DNA of 64,000 nucleotides from assembly GCA_012729095.1 (NCBI GenBank), contig JAAYDU010000061.1, positions 11,779-75,778 on the forward strand, written 5' to 3'. Source of the DNA: Methanobacteriota archaeon (GTDB lineage Archaea; Thermoplasmatota; Thermoplasmata; Methanomassiliicoccales; UBA472). This document shows, one piece after another, positions 1 to 10,007 of the stretch (positions are counted from its first letter, which is position 1; each line of letters begins with the position of its first letter). The notes beneath the pieces were generated by a model. It saw only the letters and a list, made by a program, of their open reading frames with translations. It ran no database searches and was not told where the DNA came from. A program made the translations under genes and the position numbers.

Positions 1-585
1 GATCAGTATCTTCGACTCGCAATCGGCGATGCGGTCCTTCAGCGACTCGGAGCTGAAGCCTCCGAACACGATACTGTGTATGGCGCCTATGCGGGTGCAG
101 GCCAGCATGGCGATGGCCAGCTCGGGTATCATCGGCAGGTACAGTGAGACGCGGTCACCCTTCTGCACCCCGTGCGACTTGAGCACGTTGGCGAAGCGAC
201 ACACCTCGGTGTGCAGCTGCTGGTAGGTGAACGTCCTCACATCCTCCTCGTTCTCGCCCTGCCATATGATGGCCGCCTTGTTCTTGCGGCCGTTCTCCAC
301 GTGGCGGTCCAGGCAGTTGTAGGAAACGTTCAACTTTCCGCCATCGAACCATTTGATGACGGCGTTCTCCTTGTCCCAGCTATGAAGGGTGTTCCACTTG
401 GCGAACCAGTGCAGTTCCTCGGAGGCTATATTGCCCCAGAACTTCTCAGGGTCCTCCACGGACTCCCTGTACATTTTATGGTACTGCTCAAGGCTCTTTA
501 TGTGCGCCTGCTGGCTGAACTCCTTCGAGGGCGGAAAACGCCGCACCTCCTCCATTACGCTCTCGATGGTATTTCCGTCGCTCAT
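1..585 (-). CDS. acs: Acetate--CoA ligase (AMP-forming acetyl-CoA synthetase), N-terminal part; runs off window start
   Basis: Not in ORF track; manual translation [20 protein letters not shown]...[17 protein letters not shown]...[31 protein letters not shown]; RBS GGGAGG upstream. Confidence 0.95.
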   Translation of the reverse strand, partial: MSDGNTIESVMEEVRRFPPSKEFSQQAHIKSLEQYHKMYRESVEDPEKFWGNIASEELHWFAKWNTLHSWDKENAVIKWFDGGKLNVSYNCLDRHVENGRKNKAAIIWQGENEEDVRTFTYQQLHTEVCRFANVLKSHGVQKGDRVSLYLPMIPELAIAMLACTRIGAIHSIVFGGFSSESLKDRIADCESKILI

Positions 586-748
586 TGACCGCTTCCTCCC
601 ATGGCGGGAACCTGCCGAAAAAGGGCAAATCTCCGGGCCCTCTTCCGTAAGATGATTAATAAAGATTGTGGAAAACGCATAGCGTGGGCGGAATTAATTA
701 TAATTTCCCACCTATCCTACTGGAATTGTCGATATTCTTACGGTATTT

Positions 749-767
749 GATTCCTTAATGGAATCTT
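749..767. promoter_or_regulatory. Inverted repeat GATTCC-N5-GGAATC upstream of acs; candidate operator
   Basis: Inverted repeat in AT-rich intergenic DNA; AATGGAATCTT recurs at 1207-1217. Confidence 0.35.
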
Positions 768-810
768 AGAATTCCGAGCGGAATACGGGAACGGCAGGGG
801 GGCACGCCGA

Positions 811-1176
811 TCAGGCATGGGTCTCCTTGAACATCATGCCCAGGTCTATGTCCAGGCAATCGTCGGTACTGCTGCCGTCCACCATATCGATGCGGGCACG
901 TATCCTGTTCCGCTCGAAGGTGATGTTGGCGTTGCGTACCATGGACTTGTACATGCTCATGCGCTTCCCCGACTGGGTGAGCCGTCTCTCGCTGCAGCGT
1001 ATCAGGCCAGCCTCCTCCAGGACCCGGATCTTCCGGTAGCAGGCGGCTATGGGAATGCCCAGGGCATCGCTCAGCTCGAAGGCGCTCTTGGCCCGTCCCA
1101 TGGTGGCCATCAGGATCTTGGCGGTGTACTCCTCGGTGAGCAGTCTAGACGTCTCTAGCACGTGCATCTTGCCCAT
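811..1176 (-). CDS. Winged-helix (ArsR-like) transcriptional regulator
   Basis: SAFELSDALGIPIAACYRKIRVLEEAGLI HTH plus wing. Confidence 0.85.
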   Translation of the reverse strand: MGKMHVLETSRLLTEEYTAKILMATMGRAKSAFELSDALGIPIAACYRKIRVLEEAGLIRCSERRLTQSGKRMSMYKSMVRNANITFERNRIRARIDMVDGSSTDDCLDIDLGMMFKETHA

Positions 1177-1442
1177 GAAAAGGCCTAGGGCTCCGCACGG
1201 TATATAAATGGAATCTTCACAGAATCACTATTGATTTTTGATAATCGGTTGCAGCCAGCTAGTGTTCTCGTCGTGATCATGATGCAAGGTTTATCAGACC
1301 AGGTAATCACGGGACCCGATGGAGGGGGATGGAGCGCGTTCCCCCCAGGCTTGGCGCGACATTAATTCTATTGGCAAGATAACATTAATATAAGCGCCTC
1401 GGCGATCCCTCATGTGTGGGTCTCCCCCATAGGAGGTCGAGC

Positions 1443-1502
1443 ATGTCCTGCGCAAAGTGCGGCGCCAAGGGTGAGAAGAAGAAGGAAGGCAAGAAGAAGT
1501 AA
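1443..1502 (+). CDS. Putative 19-aa Lys-rich CxxC microprotein (MSCAKCGAKGEKKKEGKKK)
   Basis: RBS AGGAGGT at 1431-1437, TATA-like TTAATATA at about 1385, clean ATG..TAA. Confidence 0.55.
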   Translation: MSCAKCGAKGEKKKEGKKK

Positions 1503-1577
1503 TACTCTTGCCCGTTCCGGAACCCAAACCCTTTGAACCTATTCCATTCCGAGGGGCTTTGCTCTCCTCAACGCTTC

Positions 1578-2465
1578 TCATTCCGATCTGGCCATGAGCA
1601 GGATGGCCGCGAATATCATGACCGCTCCGGTGACCACGTAGGCGTCTATCATCTCCCCCAGGAAGATCCAGCTCAGGAAAACTGCGAAGGCCGATTCTAC
1701 CATGAGGACGGTGGCCGAGGTGACCACGCTGATGTGCTTGAGGGCCGAGGTCCACAGCACCGTGGGCACGGTGGTACACGCGATCCCGATGAACAGGGCC
1801 GCCGGAAGGTTCGTCGGTGATAGCCCCCCGTCCATCGGCACCAGGAAGAAAAGCGCCAGGAGCGCTGGCGGAAGGAGCAGGTGCAGGCCGAGGCTCCACT
1901 GCTCGGGCCTCATGCTTCGCAAGGCTATGCGAGAGGTGACCACCGACACTCCTATGCAGACCGCGGAGACCAGCACCAGAAGGTTGCCTATCATCTGCGA
2001 GCCTTCCAGCAGTGAAAGGTCCCAGCGGGTGGTCAGGGTGATCAGTCCCAGCAGGGCCAGGACCAGTCCGAACGAGCGCCGCTTGCCCAAGCGCTCACCG
2101 AACAGGATGCGGCTGAACAGCGCCACGAACACCACGTTGGTCCCGATTATGAGCCCGGCGGCGGAGGCGGTGGTCATGGTCAGTCCCACGTAGGAAGGGG
2201 CCACCACGCCCGTGTTGATCAGCGGCGCCGCCCAGAACTCCCACCTTTTCAGCATTCCCTGGTCGATCATGCCCCTCAGGACCATGTAGGCCAGAAGCAG
2301 CGCTGAGCCGACGGCCATGGTCGCCGCTCCCAGCAGGAAGGGGTTCACCGAACCGACGGTCATCTTGACCGCCACGTACGATGTTCCAAGCATCAGGCTG
2401 GAGAGCAGGGTGGTGAGTATAGCACCGGTCTTTTGGTCGGCGATTCTGTCCATGGATGCGGTCAT
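1578..2465 (-). CDS. DMT/EamA family transporter
   Basis: About 10 hydrophobic helices in two EamA repeats; ILFGERL and IFLGE motifs. Confidence 0.9.
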   Translation of the reverse strand: MTASMDRIADQKTGAILTTLLSSLMLGTSYVAVKMTVGSVNPFLLGAATMAVGSALLLAYMVLRGMIDQGMLKRWEFWAAPLINTGVVAPSYVGLTMTTASAAGLIIGTNVVFVALFSRILFGERLGKRRSFGLVLALLGLITLTTRWDLSLLEGSQMIGNLLVLVSAVCIGVSVVTSRIALRSMRPEQWSLGLHLLLPPALLALFFLVPMDGGLSPTNLPAALFIGIACTTVPTVLWTSALKHISVVTSATVLMVESAFAVFLSWIFLGEMIDAYVVTGAVMIFAAILLMARSE

Positions 2466-2602
2466 TCCGGGCGTTCCAGTGTTGCGGTGAACAGGTACCC
2501 GGACATCAAGGTTGCGGAAAGGTCCCTGAAATTGTCGCCGTTAGCCCCGATGGAACCGAACAAAGCCTAATATCCTAGTCCTCAGGTTATAGGGGCGCTC
2601 CC

Positions 2603-3427
2603 ATGTTCAAGAAGCTCTTGGTCCCGGTGGACCTTTCCCCTCAGTCCATGATGATGGTAGAGATCGCCACCTGCATGGAAAAGTACGGCGTCAAGGAGGT
2701 CATGCTGTACTCCGCCCTTGACCACGTCTCCAAGCGGGACCCGCTGCTCAAGGCTTTGGACGAGAGGGTCAGCAAGGCCGGCCTCGGGCACGAACTGGTC
2801 ACCGAGGTGCGCAAGGAAGCGGCGCCGGCCATACTGAAGGCCGCCGAGTCGCACGGAGCGACCATGATCGCCATGGCCGCCTCGGGAAAGGGAAGGGTTA
2901 GGGAGTTCATAGTGGGCAGCACATCGCTGGAGCTGCTGCGCCGCACCAAGGTGCCCGTGCTCCTGGACAAGTTCCCTCTGGAGGCCAGCGACGACCCGCA
3001 GGCGTATTGTGACAAGGCAGCCCCGATCCTGGACCGGGTGCTGGTGTCCATCGACCTCAGCAAGGTCTCCCGGACCATGCTGCCCTTCGTCCAGCAGATC
3101 ATCGATGCCGGGGCGAGGGAGATGACGCTTTTGCACGTCGTCCGATCGTCCAAGTACAGCATGATCGACGACAAGCGCTTTCATGAGGTCAAGCACAGGA
3201 TGGAGGTGTACCTCGGCAAGCTGGACGCCAAGGATTGCGATGTGGGCATACACCTTCACTTCGGAACCGCGGCCTACAACATCCTGGAGGCAGCCCGGGA
3301 GATAGACGCCACCCTCATAGTGATGGGCACTACCGGAAAAGGCTATTTGCGGGGGATGACCCTGGGATCCACATCGGAAGAGGTGATAAAGGGCTCCACC
3401 CGCCCCCTTCTTCTCATCCCCTCCTGA
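2603..3427 (+). CDS. Tandem-domain universal stress protein
   Basis: MFKKLLVPVDLS start; two Usp domains ending VGSTS...PVLL and LGSTSEEVIKGSTRPLLLIP. Confidence 0.92.
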   Translation: MFKKLLVPVDLSPQSMMMVEIATCMEKYGVKEVMLYSALDHVSKRDPLLKALDERVSKAGLGHELVTEVRKEAAPAILKAAESHGATMIAMAASGKGRVREFIVGSTSLELLRRTKVPVLLDKFPLEASDDPQAYCDKAAPILDRVLVSIDLSKVSRTMLPFVQQIIDAGAREMTLLHVVRSSKYSMIDDKRFHEVKHRMEVYLGKLDAKDCDVGIHLHFGTAAYNILEAAREIDATLIVMGTTGKGYLRGMTLGSTSEEVIKGSTRPLLLIPS

Positions 3428-4297
3428 TCAGAACAGGTGCTCCCGGTCGTTCAGCTCCCTGACGTGCTGCCTCAGCCGCTCCCCGTACACGGGATGCTTG
3501 AGGGCCAGCTCGAACTGGGAGTTGAGCCATCCCGGTATGTCGCCAATATCGTAACGCTTGCCTTCGAACTCCCAGGCCAGCATCCCCTCCTTTCTCTGCA
3601 GCAGGCGCAGGGCGTCGGTGAGCTGCACCTCGCCGTTGTATCCTGGCGAGGTCTCCTCGATGCACTCGAATATGCCCGGCGTCAGAACGTACGTTCCGGC
3701 TATGCACAGGTCGGAGGGGGCCTCCTCGGGGCTGGGCTTCTCCACCAGGTCCCTTATCTCGTACAGCCGGTCCTCCAGCCTCACCGCGTCGAGGACGCCG
3801 TAGTCCTTGACCTTGTCGCCTGCCACTCGCTCCGCGGCGATGACCGACCTTCCCGTGCGGGCGTGAACGTCCATGAGCTGCTTGACCACCGGCACCTCGG
3901 AGACGTGAATGGTGTCGCCAAGCATGACCGCGAACGGCTCGTCCCCCACGTGATGCCTTGCATGGTACACGGCGTCGCCGAGGCCGCGCTGCTCGTGCTG
4001 CCGCACGTAATGCAGGTCGGCCAGATCGTGAAGGCCGTTGATGCTGTCTAGCAGAGCCTTGCGGTTCCCGTTCTTCAGTATGCTCTCCAGCTCGAAGGAG
4101 CGGTCGAAATGGTCCTCGATGGTCCGCTTGTGCCGGCCAGTGACTATGATGATGTCCTTGATGCCAGCATTGACGGCCTCCTCCACCACGTATTGGATCA
4201 CCGGCTTGTCTATCACAGGGAGCATCTCCTTGGGCTGCTCCTTGGTGAGGGGCAGGAAGCGCACCCCCCAACCGGCTGCCGGAATGACCGCCTTCAT
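3428..4297 (-). CDS. galU: UTP--glucose-1-phosphate uridylyltransferase
   Basis: MKAVIPAAGWGVRFLPLTKEQPKEMLP; VEKP; start placed at ATG 4297. Confidence 0.93.
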   Translation of the reverse strand: MKAVIPAAGWGVRFLPLTKEQPKEMLPVIDKPVIQYVVEEAVNAGIKDIIIVTGRHKRTIEDHFDRSFELESILKNGNRKALLDSINGLHDLADLHYVRQHEQRGLGDAVYHARHHVGDEPFAVMLGDTIHVSEVPVVKQLMDVHARTGRSVIAAERVAGDKVKDYGVLDAVRLEDRLYEIRDLVEKPSPEEAPSDLCIAGTYVLTPGIFECIEETSPGYNGEVQLTDALRLLQRKEGMLAWEFEGKRYDIGDIPGWLNSQFELALKHPVYGERLRQHVRELNDREHLF

Positions 4298-4299
4298 GT

Positions 4300-5559
4300 C
4301 TACCAACATATCCCTTCGTAGTTATTGGTTTTTACCACGCCACGGCCATCGACCACCAGCATGCTGCCGTAGAGCGAGGGGTCGGAGAACTCCTGCCATT
4401 CCGTCAGGACCAGTGCCGAGTCGGCCCCCTTGAGGCATTCCTTTGCCGAGCCGCAGTAGGTGACCTGCGGGAACTCCCTCCGGAAGTTGTCCATGGCCTG
4501 CGGGTCGTACGCCCGGACGCGGGCGCCCTTGCGCAAAAGCTCCTCCACTACCGTCAGCGAGCTGGCTTCCCGTATGTCGTCCGTGCCCGGCTTGAAGGCG
4601 AGGCCTAGCACGGCCACCGTGCTTCCGTATACCTCGCCCCGCTTCTCCAGCAGCTCGATGACCCGCCGAGGCTGCCTTTCGTTCACTGAGAGCGTGGCGT
4701 CGAGCATGTCGGTGCGAACGCCGAGCGAGCGCGCCTGCGCCCTGATCGACCGGACGTCCTTGGGGAAGCAGGAGCCGCCGAAGCCGCAGCCGGCCTTCAG
4801 GAACAAAGGTCCCACGCGGGGGTCCATGCCCACTCCCTCGGCCACCTTGCGGAAGTCCATTCCCAGGGACTTGCATATGTTCCCCAGTTCGTTGACCAGT
4901 GATATCCGGGCGGCCAGGAAGGCATTGGAGGCCATCTTGATCATCTCCGCCGTGGAGATGTCGGTGCGCAGCACGGGCGCTTGCAGCCCCTTGTAAAGGG
5001 AGGCGACCTCCCCGTACGTCCTGTCGTCCGATGCCCCTATGACCACACGGTCCGGGTTCAGGAAGTCGTACACGGCCATGCCCTCCTTCAGGAACTCGGG
5101 GTTCATGGCAAGCCCCATGTCCTCCGCCCCCTTTCCGGACGTTCTCATCAGCAGCGGCCCCACGACGTCCCGGGTCGTGTTCGGGGGTACGGTGCTCTTC
5201 ACCACCACCGTGTGCCTCCCCCTCTTCCCGGCAAGCGCCTTCCCCAGGTCCTCTGACGCCTGCAAGAGGTACTTCAGGTCCAGAGACCCGTCCTCGCGGG
5301 ATGGCGTTCCCACGCAGAGGAAGGTCATGTCCGTACCCACCACCTTCGAATGGTCACTGGTGGCCTTGAACGACCCGGACGAGAGATGGCTGCGCATCAT
5401 ATCCTCCAGCCCCTCCTCGAATATAGGGGCGACGCCGTCGTTTATGCTGCGCACCTTTTCTTTGACGGTGTCCACGCAGACCACCTGGTGTCCCAGCTCG
5501 GCGAAACAGACCCCGGAGACGAGCCCGACATACCCAGTGCCGATTATGGATACTCTCAT
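4300..5559 (-). CDS. ugd: UDP-glucose/GDP-mannose dehydrogenase
   Basis: IIGTGYVG, NPEFLKEG, GFGGSCFPKD, GLAFKPGTDDIRE. Confidence 0.93.
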   Translation of the reverse strand: MRVSIIGTGYVGLVSGVCFAELGHQVVCVDTVKEKVRSINDGVAPIFEEGLEDMMRSHLSSGSFKATSDHSKVVGTDMTFLCVGTPSREDGSLDLKYLLQASEDLGKALAGKRGRHTVVVKSTVPPNTTRDVVGPLLMRTSGKGAEDMGLAMNPEFLKEGMAVYDFLNPDRVVIGASDDRTYGEVASLYKGLQAPVLRTDISTAEMIKMASNAFLAARISLVNELGNICKSLGMDFRKVAEGVGMDPRVGPLFLKAGCGFGGSCFPKDVRSIRAQARSLGVRTDMLDATLSVNERQPRRVIELLEKRGEVYGSTVAVLGLAFKPGTDDIREASSLTVVEELLRKGARVRAYDPQAMDNFRREFPQVTYCGSAKECLKGADSALVLTEWQEFSDPSLYGSMLVVDGRGVVKTNNYEGICW

Positions 5560-5680
5560 TTTGAAGACCTTTCACAACAATGGGATGGGATTATTTAACC
5601 TCTCATCACCCCCCGCCTTTTCGGGAACAAGGAAAAACATTACCTAATGGCATGGGGATTGCCCTACGACTGGTGTTCCG

Positions 5681-6886
5681 TTGCCATCCACTCCCCGGCC
5701 CTATCGCGTCCTGGTGATAACCCCGGACTATCCACCCCGCTATACCGGCGGCTGCGCGTTCAGTTGCCAGCTGTTGGTGGAAGGGCTGCGGTCCCGCGGC
5801 GTGCGCACCGACGTGTGGGCCTTCAACGGCGATCGTTCTCCCGGCGTAGGGAGCGAGATGGGCGATACCCTGTTCTTCAGAACGTCCCCCACCCTCGGCG
5901 GGCTGAACAGGACGGCCTACCGGGAGCTGCGGAGAAGGGCGCCCGACTGCGACATCATTCACGTGTACAACACCCAGCAGATACCCGCCGCGGTGAGGTA
6001 CGGCAAGAGGCACGGCAAGAAGGTAACGGCCACCCTGAACAACCTGGCGCCGGTGTGCACCAATCCCAGCATGTACGTGGAGGGGAAGTGCGCCAACTGC
6101 CGTCCCTTGGATTCGCTGTCCTGCGCCCTGCGCCGCCCCGGCCCTCTACGCATGCGGGCATTCATGCCCTATCACTGGATGCAGTTCATATGGCTGCACC
6201 GCCTGTCCCGGAGGGCGGACGGGTACATAGCACTGTCCGAAGCGACCAGGCAATGCTATCTGGACGCCGGTTACGATCGGTCCCTGATAAGACTGATACC
6301 TAACATGTACGACCCCGGGCAGATGACCGTGTCCTCTCCGAGGCCCGCTTCCAAGTGGAAAAAGGTCATACTCTACGTGGGAAGGCTGGAGGCTGAGAAG
6401 GGGTTGCAGGTCCTTATCAAGGCGTTCACCGACCTGGGCGAGGGAAACGTGCTGTATATAGTTGGGAAGGGCAACTACGAGCCACAGCTCAAGAGGCTGA
6501 CCAACGAGCTGGGGCTGGAGGGCAGGGTCATATTCACCGGTTTCATGGAAAAGGAGGAGATAGGCCGTTACTACGACATGGCCGACGTGTTCGTCCATCC
6601 CGCCCTTTGGCCGGAACCTTTCCCCCGGACCATATTGGAGGCGCTGTCCCACAGGTTGCCCATGCTGGTGTCCGACAGCGGGTCCTCGGCGGCCATACTG
6701 GGCAAGGCGGCACTTTCATTCTCGAACGGAGACGATAAGGACCTGGCCCTTAAGCTGCAACTTTTACTTGATGACGATGACCTGCGGCATCTCACCGTGA
6801 AGGCCGGGGAGGAGGTACTGCACCGTTTCCATCCGGAAACCGTCATGGCGCAGGTATTGGATTTCTACGATTCCCTCTTTTCCTGA
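5681..6886 (+). CDS. Glycosyltransferase family 4 (GT-B)
   Basis: YPP..GG N-terminus, YVGRLEAEKG, EPFPRTILEA (EX7E). Confidence 0.9.
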   Translation: MPSTPRPYRVLVITPDYPPRYTGGCAFSCQLLVEGLRSRGVRTDVWAFNGDRSPGVGSEMGDTLFFRTSPTLGGLNRTAYRELRRRAPDCDIIHVYNTQQIPAAVRYGKRHGKKVTATLNNLAPVCTNPSMYVEGKCANCRPLDSLSCALRRPGPLRMRAFMPYHWMQFIWLHRLSRRADGYIALSEATRQCYLDAGYDRSLIRLIPNMYDPGQMTVSSPRPASKWKKVILYVGRLEAEKGLQVLIKAFTDLGEGNVLYIVGKGNYEPQLKRLTNELGLEGRVIFTGFMEKEEIGRYYDMADVFVHPALWPEPFPRTILEALSHRLPMLVSDSGSSAAILGKAALSFSNGDDKDLALKLQLLLDDDDLRHLTVKAGEEVLHRFHPETVMAQVLDFYDSLFS

Positions 6887-8148
6887 GGGGGCGGCTCGGG
6901 GTTGTCCGGAGCGCTCGTTGCTTCCGCCGCTTCCCCGGTGTCGCTCTCTGCTTCCGCAACAGCTCCCTCGGTCCTATCGCCCTCTGGAACGCTCTTTTCT
7001 TCCGCCGCTTCCCCGGCATCGCTATCGGGGGTCACCGCGCTCTCCGGCCCGGCCGTCCCGCCATCGCCGGAACCCTCCTCCGGCATCACGCCTTGGACGG
7101 CGCTCCCGTCCCCGCCCTTGCGCTTCTTCCGGGGGGACCTCTTAAGCAGGTCCCTCTGGAACCCGCCCTCCTTCCATTCCGGGCGGTGGAGCAGTAGCTC
7201 CAGCACGTAGTACACGATCCACAGCGCCATTCCTGCCATGATCAGCAGGAGAAGCCCGGTGTAGTCCAGCCCTATGTCGATCTCCTCGATGGCATCGAAA
7301 ACGAACTTCCCTTCCAGCCCCAGCGTCCATATCCAGTACAGCGTGATCAGTACCATGACCAACGCCGGTATCAACCGGGACAGAGATCCGCGGGGATAGA
7401 AGCCCTTGAAGAAGGACAGGGCGGTAAGGGGAATGCCTATCATCAGCATGTGGGGCCCCAGCTCCTCTATGTTCTCAAGCATCGGCCCCATCTCCTCCAG
7501 GTCCAGGGAGGAGAACCCCGCCACCAGCACGAATATTATGGCCAGGGGAAGCACCACGAAGCTTATCAGGGTGCTTCTGGTCAGCTTCAAACCCTTGAAC
7601 AGGGAACCGTAGCGGGGCCGGAGGTCATGGTAGAAGCGATGGTCCTCCGGCCTCTCCAGCTCCTTTGCCGGGATCCTCCCGCCCCCCTCCATCCAGATGC
7701 GGCGATGGTCGTACATCTCGGCGAACTGCATCAGCACCGCCAGTATCGCAGTGAAGAAATAGAGGACGAATAGCAGGTCCAGGTCCAGCTCGAAGGCCTC
7801 CCTGGAGATTACATTCTCGGCGCGGCCGCCCAGCAACATCGAGTAGACGTATACGATCACCAGCACCGCAGCTGTCGTTGCGAAGGCAAATCGCGAGTAG
7901 CTCCCCATGGGGTACATGCCCTTGAGGAACCCGAGCGCCGCGAGGACCACGCCGAAGACCAGGACCAGCATTCTGATCTCGGCCAGAACGTCGACCACCC
8001 TCTGCGGCCCGTCCATCTCGGCGAGCATCATGGTCAGCACGGTGATGAGCACCAGCGGCAGCACCAGGTACTTTACGGCATGCACCGCGGCGGTCACGGC
8101 CCCCTTGCCCGGCGAGATGTAAGCCTTGCCGAACTCTCCAAGGTTCAA
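6865..8148 (-). CDS. Polytopic membrane protein with internal duplication and acidic disordered tail
   Basis: Two repeats carrying FxKGxYPxGSxSR; TTG start overlaps upstream TGA. Confidence 0.75.
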   Translation of the reverse strand: MNLGEFGKAYISPGKGAVTAAVHAVKYLVLPLVLITVLTMMLAEMDGPQRVVDVLAEIRMLVLVFGVVLAALGFLKGMYPMGSYSRFAFATTAAVLVIVYVYSMLLGGRAENVISREAFELDLDLLFVLYFFTAILAVLMQFAEMYDHRRIWMEGGGRIPAKELERPEDHRFYHDLRPRYGSLFKGLKLTRSTLISFVVLPLAIIFVLVAGFSSLDLEEMGPMLENIEELGPHMLMIGIPLTALSFFKGFYPRGSLSRLIPALVMVLITLYWIWTLGLEGKFVFDAIEEIDIGLDYTGLLLLIMAGMALWIVYYVLELLLHRPEWKEGGFQRDLLKRSPRKKRKGGDGSAVQGVMPEEGSGDGGTAGPESAVTPDSDAGEAAEEKSVPEGDRTEGAVAEAESDTGEAAEATSAPDNPEPPPQEKRES

Positions 8149-9329
8149 AGCCCCGCCCCCCACTGCTCGTTCTGCTGCTGCTCGTCGAACCAGGACCAGA
8201 TGTCATAGTGCAGGGTGACCCTGGCATTGACCAGGTGGTCACCGTTGTTAAGAAGGTCGTACGTCTCCGGGGTCAGCATTATCCAGGCCTCTTCCCAGAC
8301 CATGTCCCACATGTCCACAGAATAAGATGTCGAACCGTAGAAACCGGTGGAGTCCCAGTACTCTATGGATACACTGGCCTGCTGTCCCATGTATGCCGGG
8401 TCGGTCTGGAAGCTGTAGGGTATGACCACGTAGTACGAACCGCCCGTTTCCATCAGATACGAGCCGGGCATCATCAGCTGAAGGTTCGTGATCGGCTCTC
8501 CCGGCCCTCCGCCGCCTCCCACGCTCACGTCCCCCTCGGCATGGTTGGAGCAGTCCAGGAAGAACAGGGTGGTGCGCACGGTGGCGTTGGCGGTGCCGTT
8601 CGCCAGGCGGTCGTAGGCCTCCTGGGAAAGGGGTATCGAGGCCTCTTCGTTCACCTGCTGCGTCAGCTCCACGGTCTGGGTGGCGTTGCTGGTGTAGCCG
8701 TACTCGTCACTGTACTCGGTAACGGTCACCGCCTGCCGTCCATCCAGGAAGTCGTCGGCGTGGAAGGAGTACGGGACCATGACGAACCTCTCGCCCCCCT
8801 CCTCGCGGAGCTGGGCGTTCCATGATTCCACCTGCAGGTCGCTGATGAAGGCGTCCCACTCCATGTCGGTCATGACCTTCACCTCCATGCTGACCAGGTC
8901 CATCGCGTACTTGGCCGAGACCTGCAGGTCGAGGGCCATCTCCGTACCGTTGAAAATGATGTCGGAACGGTCCTGGCGGTCCATGTCCATGAGGTCCAGC
9001 TCCATCCCTATGGGGACCTCGGTGTCCCCGCCGGCCTTTATGTCCACCGGGTCGCTGGAACTTACCGCGATCACGTCCCCGTTGGCCTCCTTGAAGGTGA
9101 ACACCACCGTCATGTCGTTTATGTCGAAGAAACCGTCATTGGTGACCAGCAGGGGAACGGACATGGTCAGGGTGGTACCGGTGAACTCCCAGGAGCCTTC
9201 CTCCCCGGTGTCCATGTCCACTCCCAGGTCGCCTGTGATGAGGGGGAGCACGCTGAGGACGACTATCGCCGCCACGATCACTTTGAAGGCTATTATGCCC
9301 AACCTGGTGGCCAACAGGGGCAGCTTCAT
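8145..9329 (-). CDS. Membrane-anchored exported protein, LEA_2-like domain plus duplicated C-terminal domain
   Basis: N-terminal TM helix; VTNDGFFDINDM LEA-like motif; two ~100-aa repeats. Confidence 0.7.
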   Translation of the reverse strand: MKLPLLATRLGIIAFKVIVAAIVVLSVLPLITGDLGVDMDTGEEGSWEFTGTTLTMSVPLLVTNDGFFDINDMTVVFTFKEANGDVIAVSSSDPVDIKAGGDTEVPIGMELDLMDMDRQDRSDIIFNGTEMALDLQVSAKYAMDLVSMEVKVMTDMEWDAFISDLQVESWNAQLREEGGERFVMVPYSFHADDFLDGRQAVTVTEYSDEYGYTSNATQTVELTQQVNEEASIPLSQEAYDRLANGTANATVRTTLFFLDCSNHAEGDVSVGGGGGPGEPITNLQLMMPGSYLMETGGSYYVVIPYSFQTDPAYMGQQASVSIEYWDSTGFYGSTSYSVDMWDMVWEEAWIMLTPETYDLLNNGDHLVNARVTLHYDIWSWFDEQQQNEQWGAGL

Positions 9330-9433
9330 GCAGGAACAAAGGTGAGTGGTTCCTAATGAACCTATGCCGCTGCCAGTCGCCGGCCCGGAACCAGGGCGTA
9401 AAGTTAATTGGTATCGGGAGCATAGGTCTGGGC

Positions 9434-9928
9434 GTGAGCGAGATCAGGGTAAGGAAGCGCAAGCGGCTTCGGGAGAAGGACCTGAAGGCCCTGTCGGATG
9501 GGCTGCTATCCGCCACTGGCGTGGAGGTCATAGGCCCCAAGGACACGGTGGACATCGCCGAGGGTCCGGACTGCGAGCTGATAATCATCAATAACGTGAT
9601 CGAGGGAATGATCGTGGAGGGCCGCCCGTTCCCCACCATAAGGGGGCTTCTGAGGAACATTGCCATTAAGAGCTTCGTCACGGTGGACATGGGCGCCGTG
9701 CCCTACGTCACGAACGGCGCGGACGTCATGGCCCCGGGCATAGTGGAGGTCGACCCCGATATCAAGGAGGGTGACATGGTATGGATAAGGGACGTTACCC
9801 ACAAGCGCCCCCTCGCCGTGGGCAGGGCGCTGGTGCCGGCCGAGGTGATGGCGGTCAAGACGTCAGGGAAGGCCATCAAGAACCTCCATTACGTTGGCGA
9901 CAAGATTTGGAAGTACGATGAAAGGTGA
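9434..9928 (+). CDS. PUA-domain RNA-binding protein (DUF1947/PUA)
   Basis: VTVDMGAVPYVTNGADVMAPGI...LHYVGDKIW; GTG start chosen. Confidence 0.9.
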   Translation: MSEIRVRKRKRLREKDLKALSDGLLSATGVEVIGPKDTVDIAEGPDCELIIINNVIEGMIVEGRPFPTIRGLLRNIAIKSFVTVDMGAVPYVTNGADVMAPGIVEVDPDIKEGDMVWIRDVTHKRPLAVGRALVPAEVMAVKTSGKAIKNLHYVGDKIWKYDER

Positions 9929-10007
9929 GCTCCCGGCCACCGCTGGGATGGTATTCAGATAGATTAATATTGATTAGATGCCATAACTCAGGCAACCGAG
10001 GGATGCA

